Below are positions 9,460-19,081 of a DNA stretch of 64,000 nucleotides, piece after piece. The notes beneath the pieces are model-generated. The model did no database searches. It was not told the origin of the DNA and was given only the letters and a program-made list of their open reading frames with translations. The stretch's first letter is position 1. Every line of letters starts with the position of its first letter. A program made the translations under genes and the position numbers. This stretch comes from Vicinamibacteria bacterium (lineage in GTDB: Bacteria > Acidobacteriota > Vicinamibacteria > Marinacidobacterales > Marinacidobacteraceae): assembly GCA_965199715.1 (NCBI GenBank), contig CBDATA010000001.1:192001-256000 (forward strand), read 5' to 3'.

Positions 9460-11499
9460 ATGATCCGCTGCGCGGCGCTAGCCCTGGTCGGGCCATTCTC
9501 CGCCGTTCTCGCGCTCGGCGCGCAGGCCCCGCTCCCGCTCTCCGACGAGCACGAGACGTGGCTGGAGCGGGACGTCGCGTACATCATCAGCGACCGGGAG
9601 CGGGACGCCTTCCGCAACCTGATCTCGGCGGCGGAGCGCGACGCCTTCATCCGGAGCTTCTGGTCGCGGCGCGATCCGGAGCCGCTCACGCCCGAGAACG
9701 AGTTTCGGGCCGAGCACTACGAGCGGATCGAGTACGCGAACCTGCGCCTCGGCGGCGAGACCGCCGTCCCCGGCTGGATGACCGACCGCGGCCGCGTCTG
9801 GATCCAGCTCGGCGAGCCGGACGAGCGCACCAACTTCAACTCGGTTCCGGGCCTCTACCCCGCGGAGCTGTGGTTCTACCTCGCCGACGACGAGAAGCTG
9901 CTTCCCCCGATCTACGTGCTCTTCTTCCGCGAGTACAACGCCGGCCCGTACATCCAGTACAACCACCTGATCCACCAGCCGGAAGAGCTGATGCCGGCCC
10001 GTTCGTTCTCGGTGGACGAATCGCGGATGGAGGCGTACGCGCTGCTCTCCGAGATCGCGCCCGAGCTCGCGCACGCGAGCATCACGATGCGGGCCGATCG
10101 CGGTGTCTCGGCGAGCCTGCTGCAGCCCGAGATGGAGATCCTCCAAACCCAGCAGGTGCTCTCCGACATCAACCGGGCCCCGTACCGCCTGCTGGACACG
10201 AACTGGGTCGCCGGAGCCGACGCGCGCGGGTTGGTCGAGAGCGACTACCTGTTCAACTTCGTGCCGAGCGCCGGAATCGTCCGGGTCTTCCCCGGCCCCG
10301 ACCCCGGGACGTTCTTCGTCCACTACGCGATCGAGATCGAGCCGCAGCACTTCACGGTCGCCCGGGAGGAAGGCGGCAGCGAGTACTTCACCCGCTTCGA
10401 GATCACCGGCGAAGTCGTGGACGCCGAGGATCGCGTGGTCCACGACTTCGCGGTCGAACCGTTCCTGCGCCTGACCGAGAGTCAGTTGCAGGACGTGGGC
10501 GCGCGGCCCTTCGCCTACCGGGGCTCGTTCCCGCTGATTCCCGGCGACTTCCGGATGCGGGTGATCCTGCGGAACGCGGCGCGCACCGAGTACACGCTGT
10601 TCGAGGACGAACTGACGGCGGGCGGGCCGGCGTCCCGCCCGGTGCTGCTGCACGGCCCCCCGCGCGAGGCCGAGGGCCCCGGGCACCGCGCGTGGGGCCT
10701 CGGCGACGAGCTGCTGGTTCCGAACGCGCGGGGCGTCGCGACGCTCGGCGCCCGCGTCCAGGCGATCGCCGCGGTTCCTGGCGGCGATCGCGCGACCTTC
10801 CGGGTGGCGCCGTGGCGGGCCGACGGCGCCGGCGCCGCGCCGGTCGCGGAAGAGGAAGTGGCGGTCGAGAACGGGATCGCGTTCTGGTCGGTCGGAACGG
10901 CCGACTGGGAGACCGGGCGCTACGTCGTGTCGCTCGAGGCGGGCGGCGAGGAGCGCGGCGTCACCCTCGACCTGACGGCCCGCAGCGCGGTGGCCGTCCC
11001 GTGGGGGCTCAGCGACTCGTTCGCGATGGAGGCCCCCGGCGCGTTCGATTCCGCTTTGGCCGAGCAGTGGCTGCGGGCCGAGAAACCCGATCGCGCCCGG
11101 CGGGGCTTCGCGGCGGCGCTCGCCGAGAATCCGAACCTCGGCCGGGCGCGGCTCGCGCTTGGGCGGTTCGCGCTTGACGACGGCGCGGCGCGGGAGGCGG
11201 TGCGGCTCCTCGAGCCGGCGCTCGCGCAAGCGCCCGAGGACGTGGCGGTGCTGCGGGTGCTCGGGGACGCGCACCGGGAATCCGGCAACCGCGCACGGGC
11301 GGCGGAGCTCTACGAGCGCTCCCTGCCGCTGGCCGCCGCCGATCCGGCGCTCCTGAACGCGCTGGCGCTGTCTCTCGCGGCTTCGGGGGAGCGGAGCCGC
11401 GCGGCGGACTACCTCGAGCAGTCGCTGGAGCTCGCTCCGGAGCAGCCGGAGGTGCGCGAGCTGCTCGCGACCTTGCGCTCGGCGGCCTCGCCGCGCTGA
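9460..11499 (+). CDS. GWxTD domain-containing protein with C-terminal TPR repeats
   Basis: FWSRRDP, NEFRAEHYERIEYAN, PGWMTDRGRVWIQLGEPD; TPR-like helices at the C-terminus; signal peptide. Confidence 0.9.
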   Translation: MIRCAALALVGPFSAVLALGAQAPLPLSDEHETWLERDVAYIISDRERDAFRNLISAAERDAFIRSFWSRRDPEPLTPENEFRAEHYERIEYANLRLGGETAVPGWMTDRGRVWIQLGEPDERTNFNSVPGLYPAELWFYLADDEKLLPPIYVLFFREYNAGPYIQYNHLIHQPEELMPARSFSVDESRMEAYALLSEIAPELAHASITMRADRGVSASLLQPEMEILQTQQVLSDINRAPYRLLDTNWVAGADARGLVESDYLFNFVPSAGIVRVFPGPDPGTFFVHYAIEIEPQHFTVAREEGGSEYFTRFEITGEVVDAEDRVVHDFAVEPFLRLTESQLQDVGARPFAYRGSFPLIPGDFRMRVILRNAARTEYTLFEDELTAGGPASRPVLLHGPPREAEGPGHRAWGLGDELLVPNARGVATLGARVQAIAAVPGGDRATFRVAPWRADGAGAAPVAEEEVAVENGIAFWSVGTADWETGRYVVSLEAGGEERGVTLDLTARSAVAVPWGLSDSFAMEAPGAFDSALAEQWLRAEKPDRARRGFAAALAENPNLGRARLALGRFALDDGAAREAVRLLEPALAQAPEDVAVLRVLGDAHRESGNRARAAELYERSLPLAAADPALLNALALSLAASGERSRAADYLEQSLELAPEQPEVRELLATLRSAASPR

Positions 11500-11766
11500 G
11501 GCGGGTCGCGTTCCGCTTTTCCTTCTGGGGAATCCGGCGTACGCGTTCTGGTTCCGACGCCGGGTGGAGTCGGATTCAGCCTCGCAGGATGAACTCGTCG
11601 CGTCGAGTCTCGGGGACGAGGATGGAGCCGGAGCCGGGGCCGTTCAACGAACCGGCGAGTTTCTACGGGCCGTTGGAACGCCCGGGGACCAGCGTCCGTT
11701 CCACCCGATCCCCAAGTCGCTGATAGAAGATAACTTGCGGTAGCGGTTGGGATCGCGCCCCGTCCA

Positions 11767-11782
11767 TGGCATAATCCTTGCC
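11767..11782 (+). promoter_or_regulatory. Sigma54 (-24/-12) promoter, overlapping a sigma70-like TTGGGA-N17-CATAAT
   Basis: TGGCATAATCCTTGCC has GG-N10-GC with TGGC and TTGC cores; about 80 nt upstream of the TonB receptor start. Confidence 0.65.
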
Positions 11783-11861
11783 CCGAACCTCGCAACCCGC
11801 GGCCACGGAGACTCCCGGGCCGCTCCACCGACACCCCACAACCCCTTTCCAAGGAGGAATC

Positions 11862-14800
11862 ATGCGGAAGTCCACTTTCGCGCTGCTGCTCGCGGCGGCC
11901 ATCGCTCTTCCGGCGCTCGCGTTCGGACAGGGCGGCGACTCGAGCATCCGCGGCACGGTCACCGACGACACCGGAGCGGTGCTTCCCGGCGTCACGGTCA
12001 CCGCGATGAGCCCGGCGCTCATCGCCCCCGCCACGGCGGTCACCGACGGTCAGGGCGGCTACCGGCTGCTCAACCTGCCGGTCGGCGAGTACGCCATCGA
12101 GGCCGCGCTCTCCGGTTTCGCCACCTACCGGCAGGAAGGCGTCCTGCTGCGGGCGAGCACCAACATCGGCGTGGACCCGGTGCTGTCGATCAGCACGGTC
12201 CAAGAGACGGTCACGGTCACCGCCGAGACCCCGATGCTCGAAATCTCGCGGCCCGGCAACATCCTGACCATCGAGGGCGATCTCCAGCGGGACCTCCCGA
12301 TTCAGGCCCGCGGCAACTGGAGCGACTTCCTCGAGATGACTCCCGGCGTCAACGCCCGTCCCTTCGACGACGGCTCGGGCCGGATGGTCTATTTCGGCCA
12401 CGCCACCGAGCACTTCGCCCACGTGATCCAGCTCGAGGGCATGGCGGCGGCCGGTTACACCGACTCGCAGGTCACCTACGTCGGCATGAACGCCGACATG
12501 ATGGAGGACATGTCCGTCAAGACCGGCGGCGCCGAGGCCAAGGACCCGATGGGAACCGGCCTCATCATCAACGTGGTCACCCGCAGCGGCGGTAACGACC
12601 TCGCCGCGTCGGCCGCCTACGACCTCCAGTCGTTCGACTGGGGCACCGGCGACGAAGCCGGTTCGGGCGGGTTCTTCGGCGACAACGAGCTGCCGGACAA
12701 CTTCAACCCATTCTCCAGCGAGAAGTCCAATTTCGAGTCGCTGGGCGTGTACAGCCCGCCGGAGGGTCGCGCCGCGGCCGCCGGCACCCCGACTGCGCAT
12801 CAGGTGCGCCAGGCCGACTTCTCGTTCGGCGGCCCGATCATGCGCGACAAGGCGTGGTTCTTCGCTTCGTACCGGTATGCCGACCTCGCCGCGCGGATCA
12901 GCCGCGGCTCCACCGACATCGAGCGCCTCAACGCTCTCGGCGGACTCTCGCTCGGCGGACTCGGCACCACCCCGGTGTACAGCGAGTTCTACAACACCAC
13001 GAAGAGCCACCAGCCCTACGTGAAGATCAGCTCCCAGGTCGGCGTCGGACACGAACTGAACGTGTACTACCAGCGCGACACCACCGAGAACACCTCGAAC
13101 CGGGAGTACGACCTCGCGCCGCGCTACACGGTGCAGACGGGCGGCAACCTCTACGGCGCCAAGCTGACCTCGGTCTTCGGGGCCGCGACGACCGGCCAGT
13201 TCACGCTGTCCTACAACGACAAGGCCTCCCAGCGGCCGCTGGACATCCAGCCGCAGCTCGACAGCGTCGTCCCCTACGTGGAGATCCACGCCGGCTACTC
13301 GGTGAACGACAGCGGCACGATCAGCCGCGGCGGACGGATCGCCGCGCTCGGAACCGGAAACGGTTCGGACCGGCCGGCGCGCCTCGTCCTGTTGCGGGCC
13401 GACATGACGCACTACCTCGACGACGTGGCGGGATCCCACGAAATCGGCTTCGGCGTGTACGCCGCCCCGTGGAACACCTACCCGAGCACGACGGTCTATG
13501 CGACCACCAACGGCTGGGGCACGGAGTACCACACGCCGGTGGACGCGAGCGGCAACCCGACCAGCGATCCCAACCTCGCGGCCGGCACGCGCTGGTTCGA
13601 GCGCCGCCGCACCGGCGACCAGAACGGTCCGATCGACTCGCTCAAGACGATCGACGCGCAGGACAGCGACATCGGCGTCTACCTGCAGGACTCGTGGAAG
13701 CCGATCGACCGGCTTACCCTGAACCTCGGCGTCCGCGCCGACTTCGTGCGCCGTTACGACAACATCCAGGACTTCGAGCGGATGAACACGCTCGCTCTCG
13801 GTCCGCGGGCCGGATTCGCCTACCAGCTCACCGAGGATGGCCGCAACATCCTGCGGGGCAACGTGGGCCGAGTCCATGAGCAGATGAACGGCCGGGACAA
13901 CATCACCCGGGTGCACGGCGCCTCCTCCGTGGGCAGCTACGTCCAGTACGACCACGACGGCGACGGACTGGCCGACCACGATCAGTACACGCCGCCCTCC
14001 GCCGGGATTCCGCGCGAGTACCTGTTCGACGGCGACATCGGTCAGCCGTTCGTGGACGAGGCCATCGTCGGCCTGCGCCGGCAGTTCCAGGGCCAGTTCG
14101 CCATGGACGTCGCGCTGGTGCACCGCCGCTACACGGACAACTACGCGCTGCTCGAGCAGAACGGCGTCTATCCGTCGGTTCCGCCGTCGTTGCCGCTCGG
14201 CGAGTTCCAGTTCGGCGCAGTGGACATCGACTACGGCAACATCAACCAGCAGACCAACAACAGTTGGAGCAAGCTGGTGTACACCGCGCTCGAGATCACG
14301 TCCACCCGCCGCACCGAAAGGATGTCCGCCACGCTGAACATCAGCCGTCAGTGGCAGCACTTCGCCGGCGACTGGAACCCGAACGACCCCGCCCGGTACA
14401 TCCAGCCGGACAAGTTCGATTCCAACAAGGCGCTGTACATGCCCCGCGGCAACAACGAGCAGAACACGCTTCGCGACTCGAGCAACCTGTCCTACGCCCC
14501 GACGTGGCGGCAGTACTCGATCCGCGGCGGCATGAGCTACCTGATGCCCTGGGACGTCACCGCGGCGCTCAGCTACACCGCGAACGCGGGACCGTGGTCC
14601 GGTCCGCCGATCAGCCGGCTCGCCGCCGACGATCCGCAGGTGACCCAGTACGGCCCGGGCTCGGCCAACAACGGCCGTACGAACCCGCTGGCGACTCGCT
14701 ACCGCATCGTCGGCGCGGACCGCGGCGAGCTTCAGGTCCAGGCCCCGACGGTCCACACGGTCGGCCTCTCGCTTGGAAAGATCATTCCTCTCGGGCCGGC

Positions 14801-14963
14801 CTCCTTCGAGATCTCGGGCCAGGTGTTCAACCTGTTCGACGCCTACAACCACAACCAGTTCACCTATAGCGGAGCGAACCGGACGTGGAAGGCGGCCTTC
14901 CTCGAGCTTCGGAGCCGGCAGAACGCCCGCACCATGCTCCTGCGGGGGACCCTCCGCTTCTAG
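11862..14963 (+). CDS. TonB-dependent receptor with N-terminal carboxypeptidase-regulatory-like domain (Oar type)
   Basis: SD AAGGAGG; signal peptide; IRGTVTDDTGAVLPGVTVT, GGPIMRDKAWFFASY, YLQDSWK, LTLNLGVR; C-terminal Phe. Confidence 0.92.
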   Translation: MRKSTFALLLAAAIALPALAFGQGGDSSIRGTVTDDTGAVLPGVTVTAMSPALIAPATAVTDGQGGYRLLNLPVGEYAIEAALSGFATYRQEGVLLRASTNIGVDPVLSISTVQETVTVTAETPMLEISRPGNILTIEGDLQRDLPIQARGNWSDFLEMTPGVNARPFDDGSGRMVYFGHATEHFAHVIQLEGMAAAGYTDSQVTYVGMNADMMEDMSVKTGGAEAKDPMGTGLIINVVTRSGGNDLAASAAYDLQSFDWGTGDEAGSGGFFGDNELPDNFNPFSSEKSNFESLGVYSPPEGRAAAAGTPTAHQVRQADFSFGGPIMRDKAWFFASYRYADLAARISRGSTDIERLNALGGLSLGGLGTTPVYSEFYNTTKSHQPYVKISSQVGVGHELNVYYQRDTTENTSNREYDLAPRYTVQTGGNLYGAKLTSVFGAATTGQFTLSYNDKASQRPLDIQPQLDSVVPYVEIHAGYSVNDSGTISRGGRIAALGTGNGSDRPARLVLLRADMTHYLDDVAGSHEIGFGVYAAPWNTYPSTTVYATTNGWGTEYHTPVDASGNPTSDPNLAAGTRWFERRRTGDQNGPIDSLKTIDAQDSDIGVYLQDSWKPIDRLTLNLGVRADFVRRYDNIQDFERMNTLALGPRAGFAYQLTEDGRNILRGNVGRVHEQMNGRDNITRVHGASSVGSYVQYDHDGDGLADHDQYTPPSAGIPREYLFDGDIGQPFVDEAIVGLRRQFQGQFAMDVALVHRRYTDNYALLEQNGVYPSVPPSLPLGEFQFGAVDIDYGNINQQTNNSWSKLVYTALEITSTRRTERMSATLNISRQWQHFAGDWNPNDPARYIQPDKFDSNKALYMPRGNNEQNTLRDSSNLSYAPTWRQYSIRGGMSYLMPWDVTAALSYTANAGPWSGPPISRLAADDPQVTQYGPGSANNGRTNPLATRYRIVGADRGELQVQAPTVHTVGLSLGKIIPLGPASFEISGQVFNLFDAYNHNQFTYSGANRTWKAAFLELRSRQNARTMLLRGTLRF

Positions 14964-14987
14964 GAAGCTCGCTTCCTGGAGCTCTCA

Positions 14988-15015
14988 GGCGCCCGTCCCC
15001 TCGGGGGCGGGCGCC
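14988..15015 (+). terminator. Hairpin between convergent genes, probable intrinsic terminator
   Basis: GGCGCCCGTCCCC-TCG-GGGGCGGGCGCC followed by GCTTCTATTT. Confidence 0.6.
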
Positions 15016-15019
15016 GCTT

Positions 15020-15529
15020 CTATTTCCGGAGGCGTCCGGTCCGCACGAAGCGACGGAACGAGTCCTGCCGGAAGCGCAGCATCCCCGCTCCGCCGCAGTT
15101 CTGGACCCCCGCCCGGCGGCAACGCTGGACGAGGCGAATCCCCGACTCCGCGCGCACGACGACGAAGGTGGGCTGCGGGCTCGCGTCGCCGAGCGGGACG
15201 TTCATGTCCGCTCCCGGCTGCCCGTCGCCGACGCCGAGCGGCTCGCTCGCGAGCGAGGGGCCCGCACACCCGGCGGACCGGCGCAGCAGGCCGCCGTCAC
15301 GGCAGTAGTAGTCGCTCTCGCCCCTCAGCGCCTCGATGCGATCCCGAGTGACGACCACGTCGTCCGGGTATTGATAGCCCGAGTGCCGGCGGATCCACGT
15401 CTCGGCGCGCGCCCATTCGAGGGCGCACTCCCCGACGCAGGCGACGGGCGGCTCGTCACTCTCGACGACGAACTCCCGGGCGGTCACGCACCCGGTGAGG
15501 ACGGCCGCGAACAGCGCAAGGCGCTTCAT
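15020..15529 (-). CDS. Hypothetical Cys-rich lipoprotein
   Basis: MKRLALFAAVLTGC lipobox; six more Cys residues; TAGGGT box 8 nt upstream. Confidence 0.7.
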   Translation of the reverse strand: MKRLALFAAVLTGCVTAREFVVESDEPPVACVGECALEWARAETWIRRHSGYQYPDDVVVTRDRIEALRGESDYYCRDGGLLRRSAGCAGPSLASEPLGVGDGQPGADMNVPLGDASPQPTFVVVRAESGIRLVQRCRRAGVQNCGGAGMLRFRQDSFRRFVRTGRLRK

Positions 15530-15570
15530 GGTTCCCAACCCTACCGGGATTCGGGGATACCCTTGCCCGG

Positions 15571-17574
15571 ATGATCCTCCGACTCGCCGCCACGCTCCTC
15601 GTCCTCGCCGCCCCGCTCGCCCTCGCCCAGGACCAGCGGGCCATGACCGTCGTGGACATGCTCGAGGTTCCGCGGATCGGCGATCCCCGGCTCTCGCCCG
15701 ACGGGACGGCGCTGCTGTACACGCGCACCGACGCCGACTGGGAGGAGAACCGCCGGGTCACCCACATCCACCGGATCGGCGCGGACGGGACCGGCGACGT
15801 CCGGCTCACGAACGGCGAGCGCGGCGAGTCCAGCCCCCGCTGGTCCCCCGACGGCTTCCGGATCGCGTTCCTCGCGCGGCGGGGCGAGACCCGCCAGATC
15901 CACGTCATCCCGGCGAGCGGCGGCGAAGCGGAGGCGCTCACCGACTTCGGAAGCGCGATCCGCTCCTTCGAGTTCGCCCCGGACGGGTCCATCTTCTTCA
16001 GCGCCCCGGAACCGAAGACCGCCGACGAGAAACGGCGCGAAGAACGCGGCCACGACGTGTTCGCGTTCGACGAGGACTACCGCCAGATCCACCTCCACCG
16101 GGTCGGGGCCGACGGCGAAACCGAGCGGATCACGAGCGGCGACTTCTCGGTGATCGCGTTCCGCCTCTCGGGCGACGGCGGGCGCGTCGTGCATTCCCGG
16201 GCGCCGACGTCGCTGCTCGACAACTCCGACGAGGGCGAAATCTGGATCATGGACGCGAACGGCGGGAACGCCCGCCAGCTCACCGACAACGCCGTCGGCG
16301 AGCGGGGCGGCCAGCTTTCGCCCGACGGGACCGAAGTGCTCTTCACGTCGGCTTCGAGCGCCGAGTTCGAGACCTACTTCAACGGCAACGCGTTCGTCGT
16401 TCCCGCGGCGGGAGGGCCGGCGCGCATCCTGTTCGAGGACTTCCCGTACGACGTGAGCCGCGCCGAGTGGGCGCCCGACGGCTCCATCCGGATGCTCGTG
16501 AACACCGGCGTGCGGAGCCAGATCTTCCGGGCCGTCGAGGGAGACGCGCCCGAACCGGTCACGTCGGGCGACCACTCGGTCGCCGGTTGGCACTTCAACG
16601 GGGACGCGCACGCGCTCGGAATCAATACGCCGACGAACGCCGGCGACGTCCACCTGCTGCCCGACGGGGGCGGCGAGCCGGCGAAGGCGACCGCCGTCTT
16701 CGACTACCTCGCCGACGCGTTCCGCCTGCCCCGGCAGGAAGCCGTCCAGTGGGAGGGCGAGGACGGCGTCATGGTCGAGGGCCTCCTGTACTTTCCCCTC
16801 GGTTACGAGGAAGGAACCCGCTACCCGCTCGTCGTGCAGACCCACGGCGGTCCCCGGTCCTCGGACAAATTCGGGTTCGGACGCTGGAGCAGCTACGTGC
16901 CGGTTCTGGCCGCCCGCGGCTACATGGTGTTCAAGCCCAACTACCGGGGCAGCACCGGCTACGGCGACGAATTCCTGCGCGACATGGTGGGCCACTACTT
17001 CAACCAGGCGCATCTCGACGTGATGGCCGGGGTGGACCACCTCATCGAGCGGGGCCTCGCGGACGGCGACCGCATGGCGAAGATGGGCTGGAGCGCCGGC
17101 GGCCACATGACCAACAAGATCATCACGCACACCGACCGGTTCAAGGCGGCGAGTTCGGGGGCCGGCGCGGTCAACTGGATCTCCATGTACGGACAGAGCG
17201 ACGTGCGCTTCCCCCGCACTCCGTGGTTCGGCGGCACCCCTTGGCAAGAGGATGCGCCGATCGACGCCTACTGGGGCAACTCGCCGCTTAAGGACATCTA
17301 CCGGGCGACGACCCCGACGCTCGTGCTCGTCGGGGAGAACGACGCCCGGGTCCCGATGGCGCAGTCGGTCGAGCTGTACCGCGCGCTCCGGACGAACGGC
17401 GTGGACACCCACCTGTACGTCGCGCCCCGCGCCGGCCACGGCTGGTCCGAGCTCCGGCACGGCCTGTTCAAGGTGAACGTGGAGCTCGACTGGTTCGAGC
17501 GGCACGTGCGCGGCAAGAAGTACGTCTGGGAGACCGCGCCCGGCGACGAGACTCCCGAGGAGGAGACCGAATGA
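15571..17574 (+). CDS. S9 family (acylaminoacyl-peptidase-like) serine peptidase, exported
   Basis: Beta-propeller (W/L)SPDG repeats; HGGP, PNYRGSTGYG, GWSAGG nucleophile, GENDARVP, GHG. Confidence 0.93.
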   Translation: MILRLAATLLVLAAPLALAQDQRAMTVVDMLEVPRIGDPRLSPDGTALLYTRTDADWEENRRVTHIHRIGADGTGDVRLTNGERGESSPRWSPDGFRIAFLARRGETRQIHVIPASGGEAEALTDFGSAIRSFEFAPDGSIFFSAPEPKTADEKRREERGHDVFAFDEDYRQIHLHRVGADGETERITSGDFSVIAFRLSGDGGRVVHSRAPTSLLDNSDEGEIWIMDANGGNARQLTDNAVGERGGQLSPDGTEVLFTSASSAEFETYFNGNAFVVPAAGGPARILFEDFPYDVSRAEWAPDGSIRMLVNTGVRSQIFRAVEGDAPEPVTSGDHSVAGWHFNGDAHALGINTPTNAGDVHLLPDGGGEPAKATAVFDYLADAFRLPRQEAVQWEGEDGVMVEGLLYFPLGYEEGTRYPLVVQTHGGPRSSDKFGFGRWSSYVPVLAARGYMVFKPNYRGSTGYGDEFLRDMVGHYFNQAHLDVMAGVDHLIERGLADGDRMAKMGWSAGGHMTNKIITHTDRFKAASSGAGAVNWISMYGQSDVRFPRTPWFGGTPWQEDAPIDAYWGNSPLKDIYRATTPTLVLVGENDARVPMAQSVELYRALRTNGVDTHLYVAPRAGHGWSELRHGLFKVNVELDWFERHVRGKKYVWETAPGDETPEEETE

Positions 17575-18662
17575 CCCAAAATCCCATGATCCGAACGACG
17601 ACACTCGCGCTTGCGCTCCTCGCCGGCTGCGCCGGCGAGCCAACTCCGCCGCCCGCCGATCCGTGGGCGGACCTCCTGAACGAGGCGCGGGAAGCCGCGG
17701 GCAGCCCGGGGCTCTCGGCCGCGGTCGCGATCGACGGCGAGATCATCTGGACCGGCGCGTCCGGCCTCGCCGACGTGGAAAACCAGGTGCCCGCGACGGC
17801 CGAGAGCGTGTACCGGATCGCCTCCATCTCGAAGCCGATCGCCTCCACCGCGATCATGCAGCTCGTCGAGCGCGGCCAGCTCGACCTCGACGACACGATC
17901 CAGACATGGTTCCCGGCGTTTCCGGAGAAGGAGCACGCGGTCACGATCCGGCACCTGATGACCCACACGTCGGGGATCCGCCACTACCTCCCGGGCGAGA
18001 TGGACATGAAGGACCACTTCGACACCCTCGAGGAGGCCATCGAGATCTTCAAGGAGGACCCGCTCCTGTTCGAGCCGGGGACCGACTACTCCTACTCTTC
18101 GTACGCCTACAACCTGCTCGCCGGCGTCGTGGAGACGATCTCCGGGCAGTCCTTCGAGGACTACCTCGTCGAGAACGTCTGGGCGCCGGCCGGGATGACG
18201 ACGACGTACCTTGAGCACCAGGGGCCCCTCGTTCCGCACCGGGTGCGTCAGTACGTCAAGGCCGACACTCCGGATCTCGTCGCCAACGCGCCCTTCGCCG
18301 ATCTCTCCATCAAGTGGGCGGGCGGGGGCATGATCTCCACCGCCCCGGACCTCGTCCGCTTCGCGCTCGCGATCGACGACGAGACGCTCATGGCGCCCTC
18401 GACGCACGACATGATGACGACCCGCTACGAGCTCGCCGGCGGGACGGTCAGCGACTACGCGCTCGGCTGGCGGATCGCCGACGACGAGGCGGGGACCTGG
18501 GTCGCGCACTCGGGCGGCGCCACCGGCGGGACGACCCACCTGCTCCGGCTGCCGGCCCGGGGGCTCGCCGTCGCCCTCACGGCGAACGTGCAGAGCGGAG
18601 GGGGGCTCCCCGAGACGGCGCGCCGGTTCGCCGATCTGGCGCTCGGCGGCGCGACGCCCTGA
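17571..18662 (+). CDS. Beta-lactamase-like serine hydrolase (S12), lipoprotein
   Basis: LAGC lipobox; RIASISK (SxxK), HLMTHTSGI, YSYSSYAY, HSGG. Confidence 0.9.
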   Translation: MTQNPMIRTTTLALALLAGCAGEPTPPPADPWADLLNEAREAAGSPGLSAAVAIDGEIIWTGASGLADVENQVPATAESVYRIASISKPIASTAIMQLVERGQLDLDDTIQTWFPAFPEKEHAVTIRHLMTHTSGIRHYLPGEMDMKDHFDTLEEAIEIFKEDPLLFEPGTDYSYSSYAYNLLAGVVETISGQSFEDYLVENVWAPAGMTTTYLEHQGPLVPHRVRQYVKADTPDLVANAPFADLSIKWAGGGMISTAPDLVRFALAIDDETLMAPSTHDMMTTRYELAGGTVSDYALGWRIADDEAGTWVAHSGGATGGTTHLLRLPARGLAVALTANVQSGGGLPETARRFADLALGGATP

Positions 18663-18676
18663 TCTCTACCCGATCT

Positions 18677-19081
18677 CTATTCGTCGGACGCGCCGGGATA
18701 GACCCGCTCGCCCTCGTAGTCCCGGAGGCCGCAGAAACCTGAGACCTCGAATCCGTTGGCAGTCAGCAACTCCGCGGCACGCGCGGCTCTTCCGCCCCCC
18801 TGTCAAGCAGTGAGGATCGGGACTCCCCGGGGCAGCTCGCCGAGCCTCCCCTCGAGCTCGTCGATCGGGATGTGGACGAAGCCGTCGATCGTGCCGTGCT
18901 CGGCCAGTTCCTCGGCCGTGCGCACGTCGAGCAGCAGCGCGCCGTCCTGAAGGGCGCCGTCGATGTCGGCGGCCTCGACGCGGGGCGCCGCGTCGGGAGC
19001 GTCGGCCTCCTGCTCGCCGGCGCCGCATCCGAGCGCGAGCAGCAGCAGGCCCGCCGGGACCAGTGTCCGAACCATGGTCAT
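18677..19081 (-). CDS. Rhodanese-domain lipoprotein, probable selenoprotein (Sec at TGA 18803-18805)
   Basis: LALGC lipobox; LLDVRT..E...GTI.G..HIP; PILTA-TGA-QGGGRAARAAELL continues in frame to TAG 18677-18679. Confidence 0.85.
18772..18787 (-). promoter_or_regulatory. Candidate bacterial SECIS hairpin
   Basis: GCCGCGCGUGCCGCGG starts 15 nt after the UGA; CCGCG/CGCGG stem with a CGUGC loop; identical to the element in the upstream paralog. Confidence 0.65.

Noticed and set aside
11500-11860. Riboswitch (cobalamin or TPP) upstream of the TonB receptor
   Set aside because: I could not identify the conserved cores of these riboswitches; an Rfam/Infernal scan would settle it.
11409-14852. Very long antisense or alternate-frame ORFs (e.g. 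11409-14852, 29786-33058, 2973-5600, 41613-44390)
   Set aside because: Shadow ORFs expected in high-GC DNA; they overlap well-supported genes and carry no family motifs.
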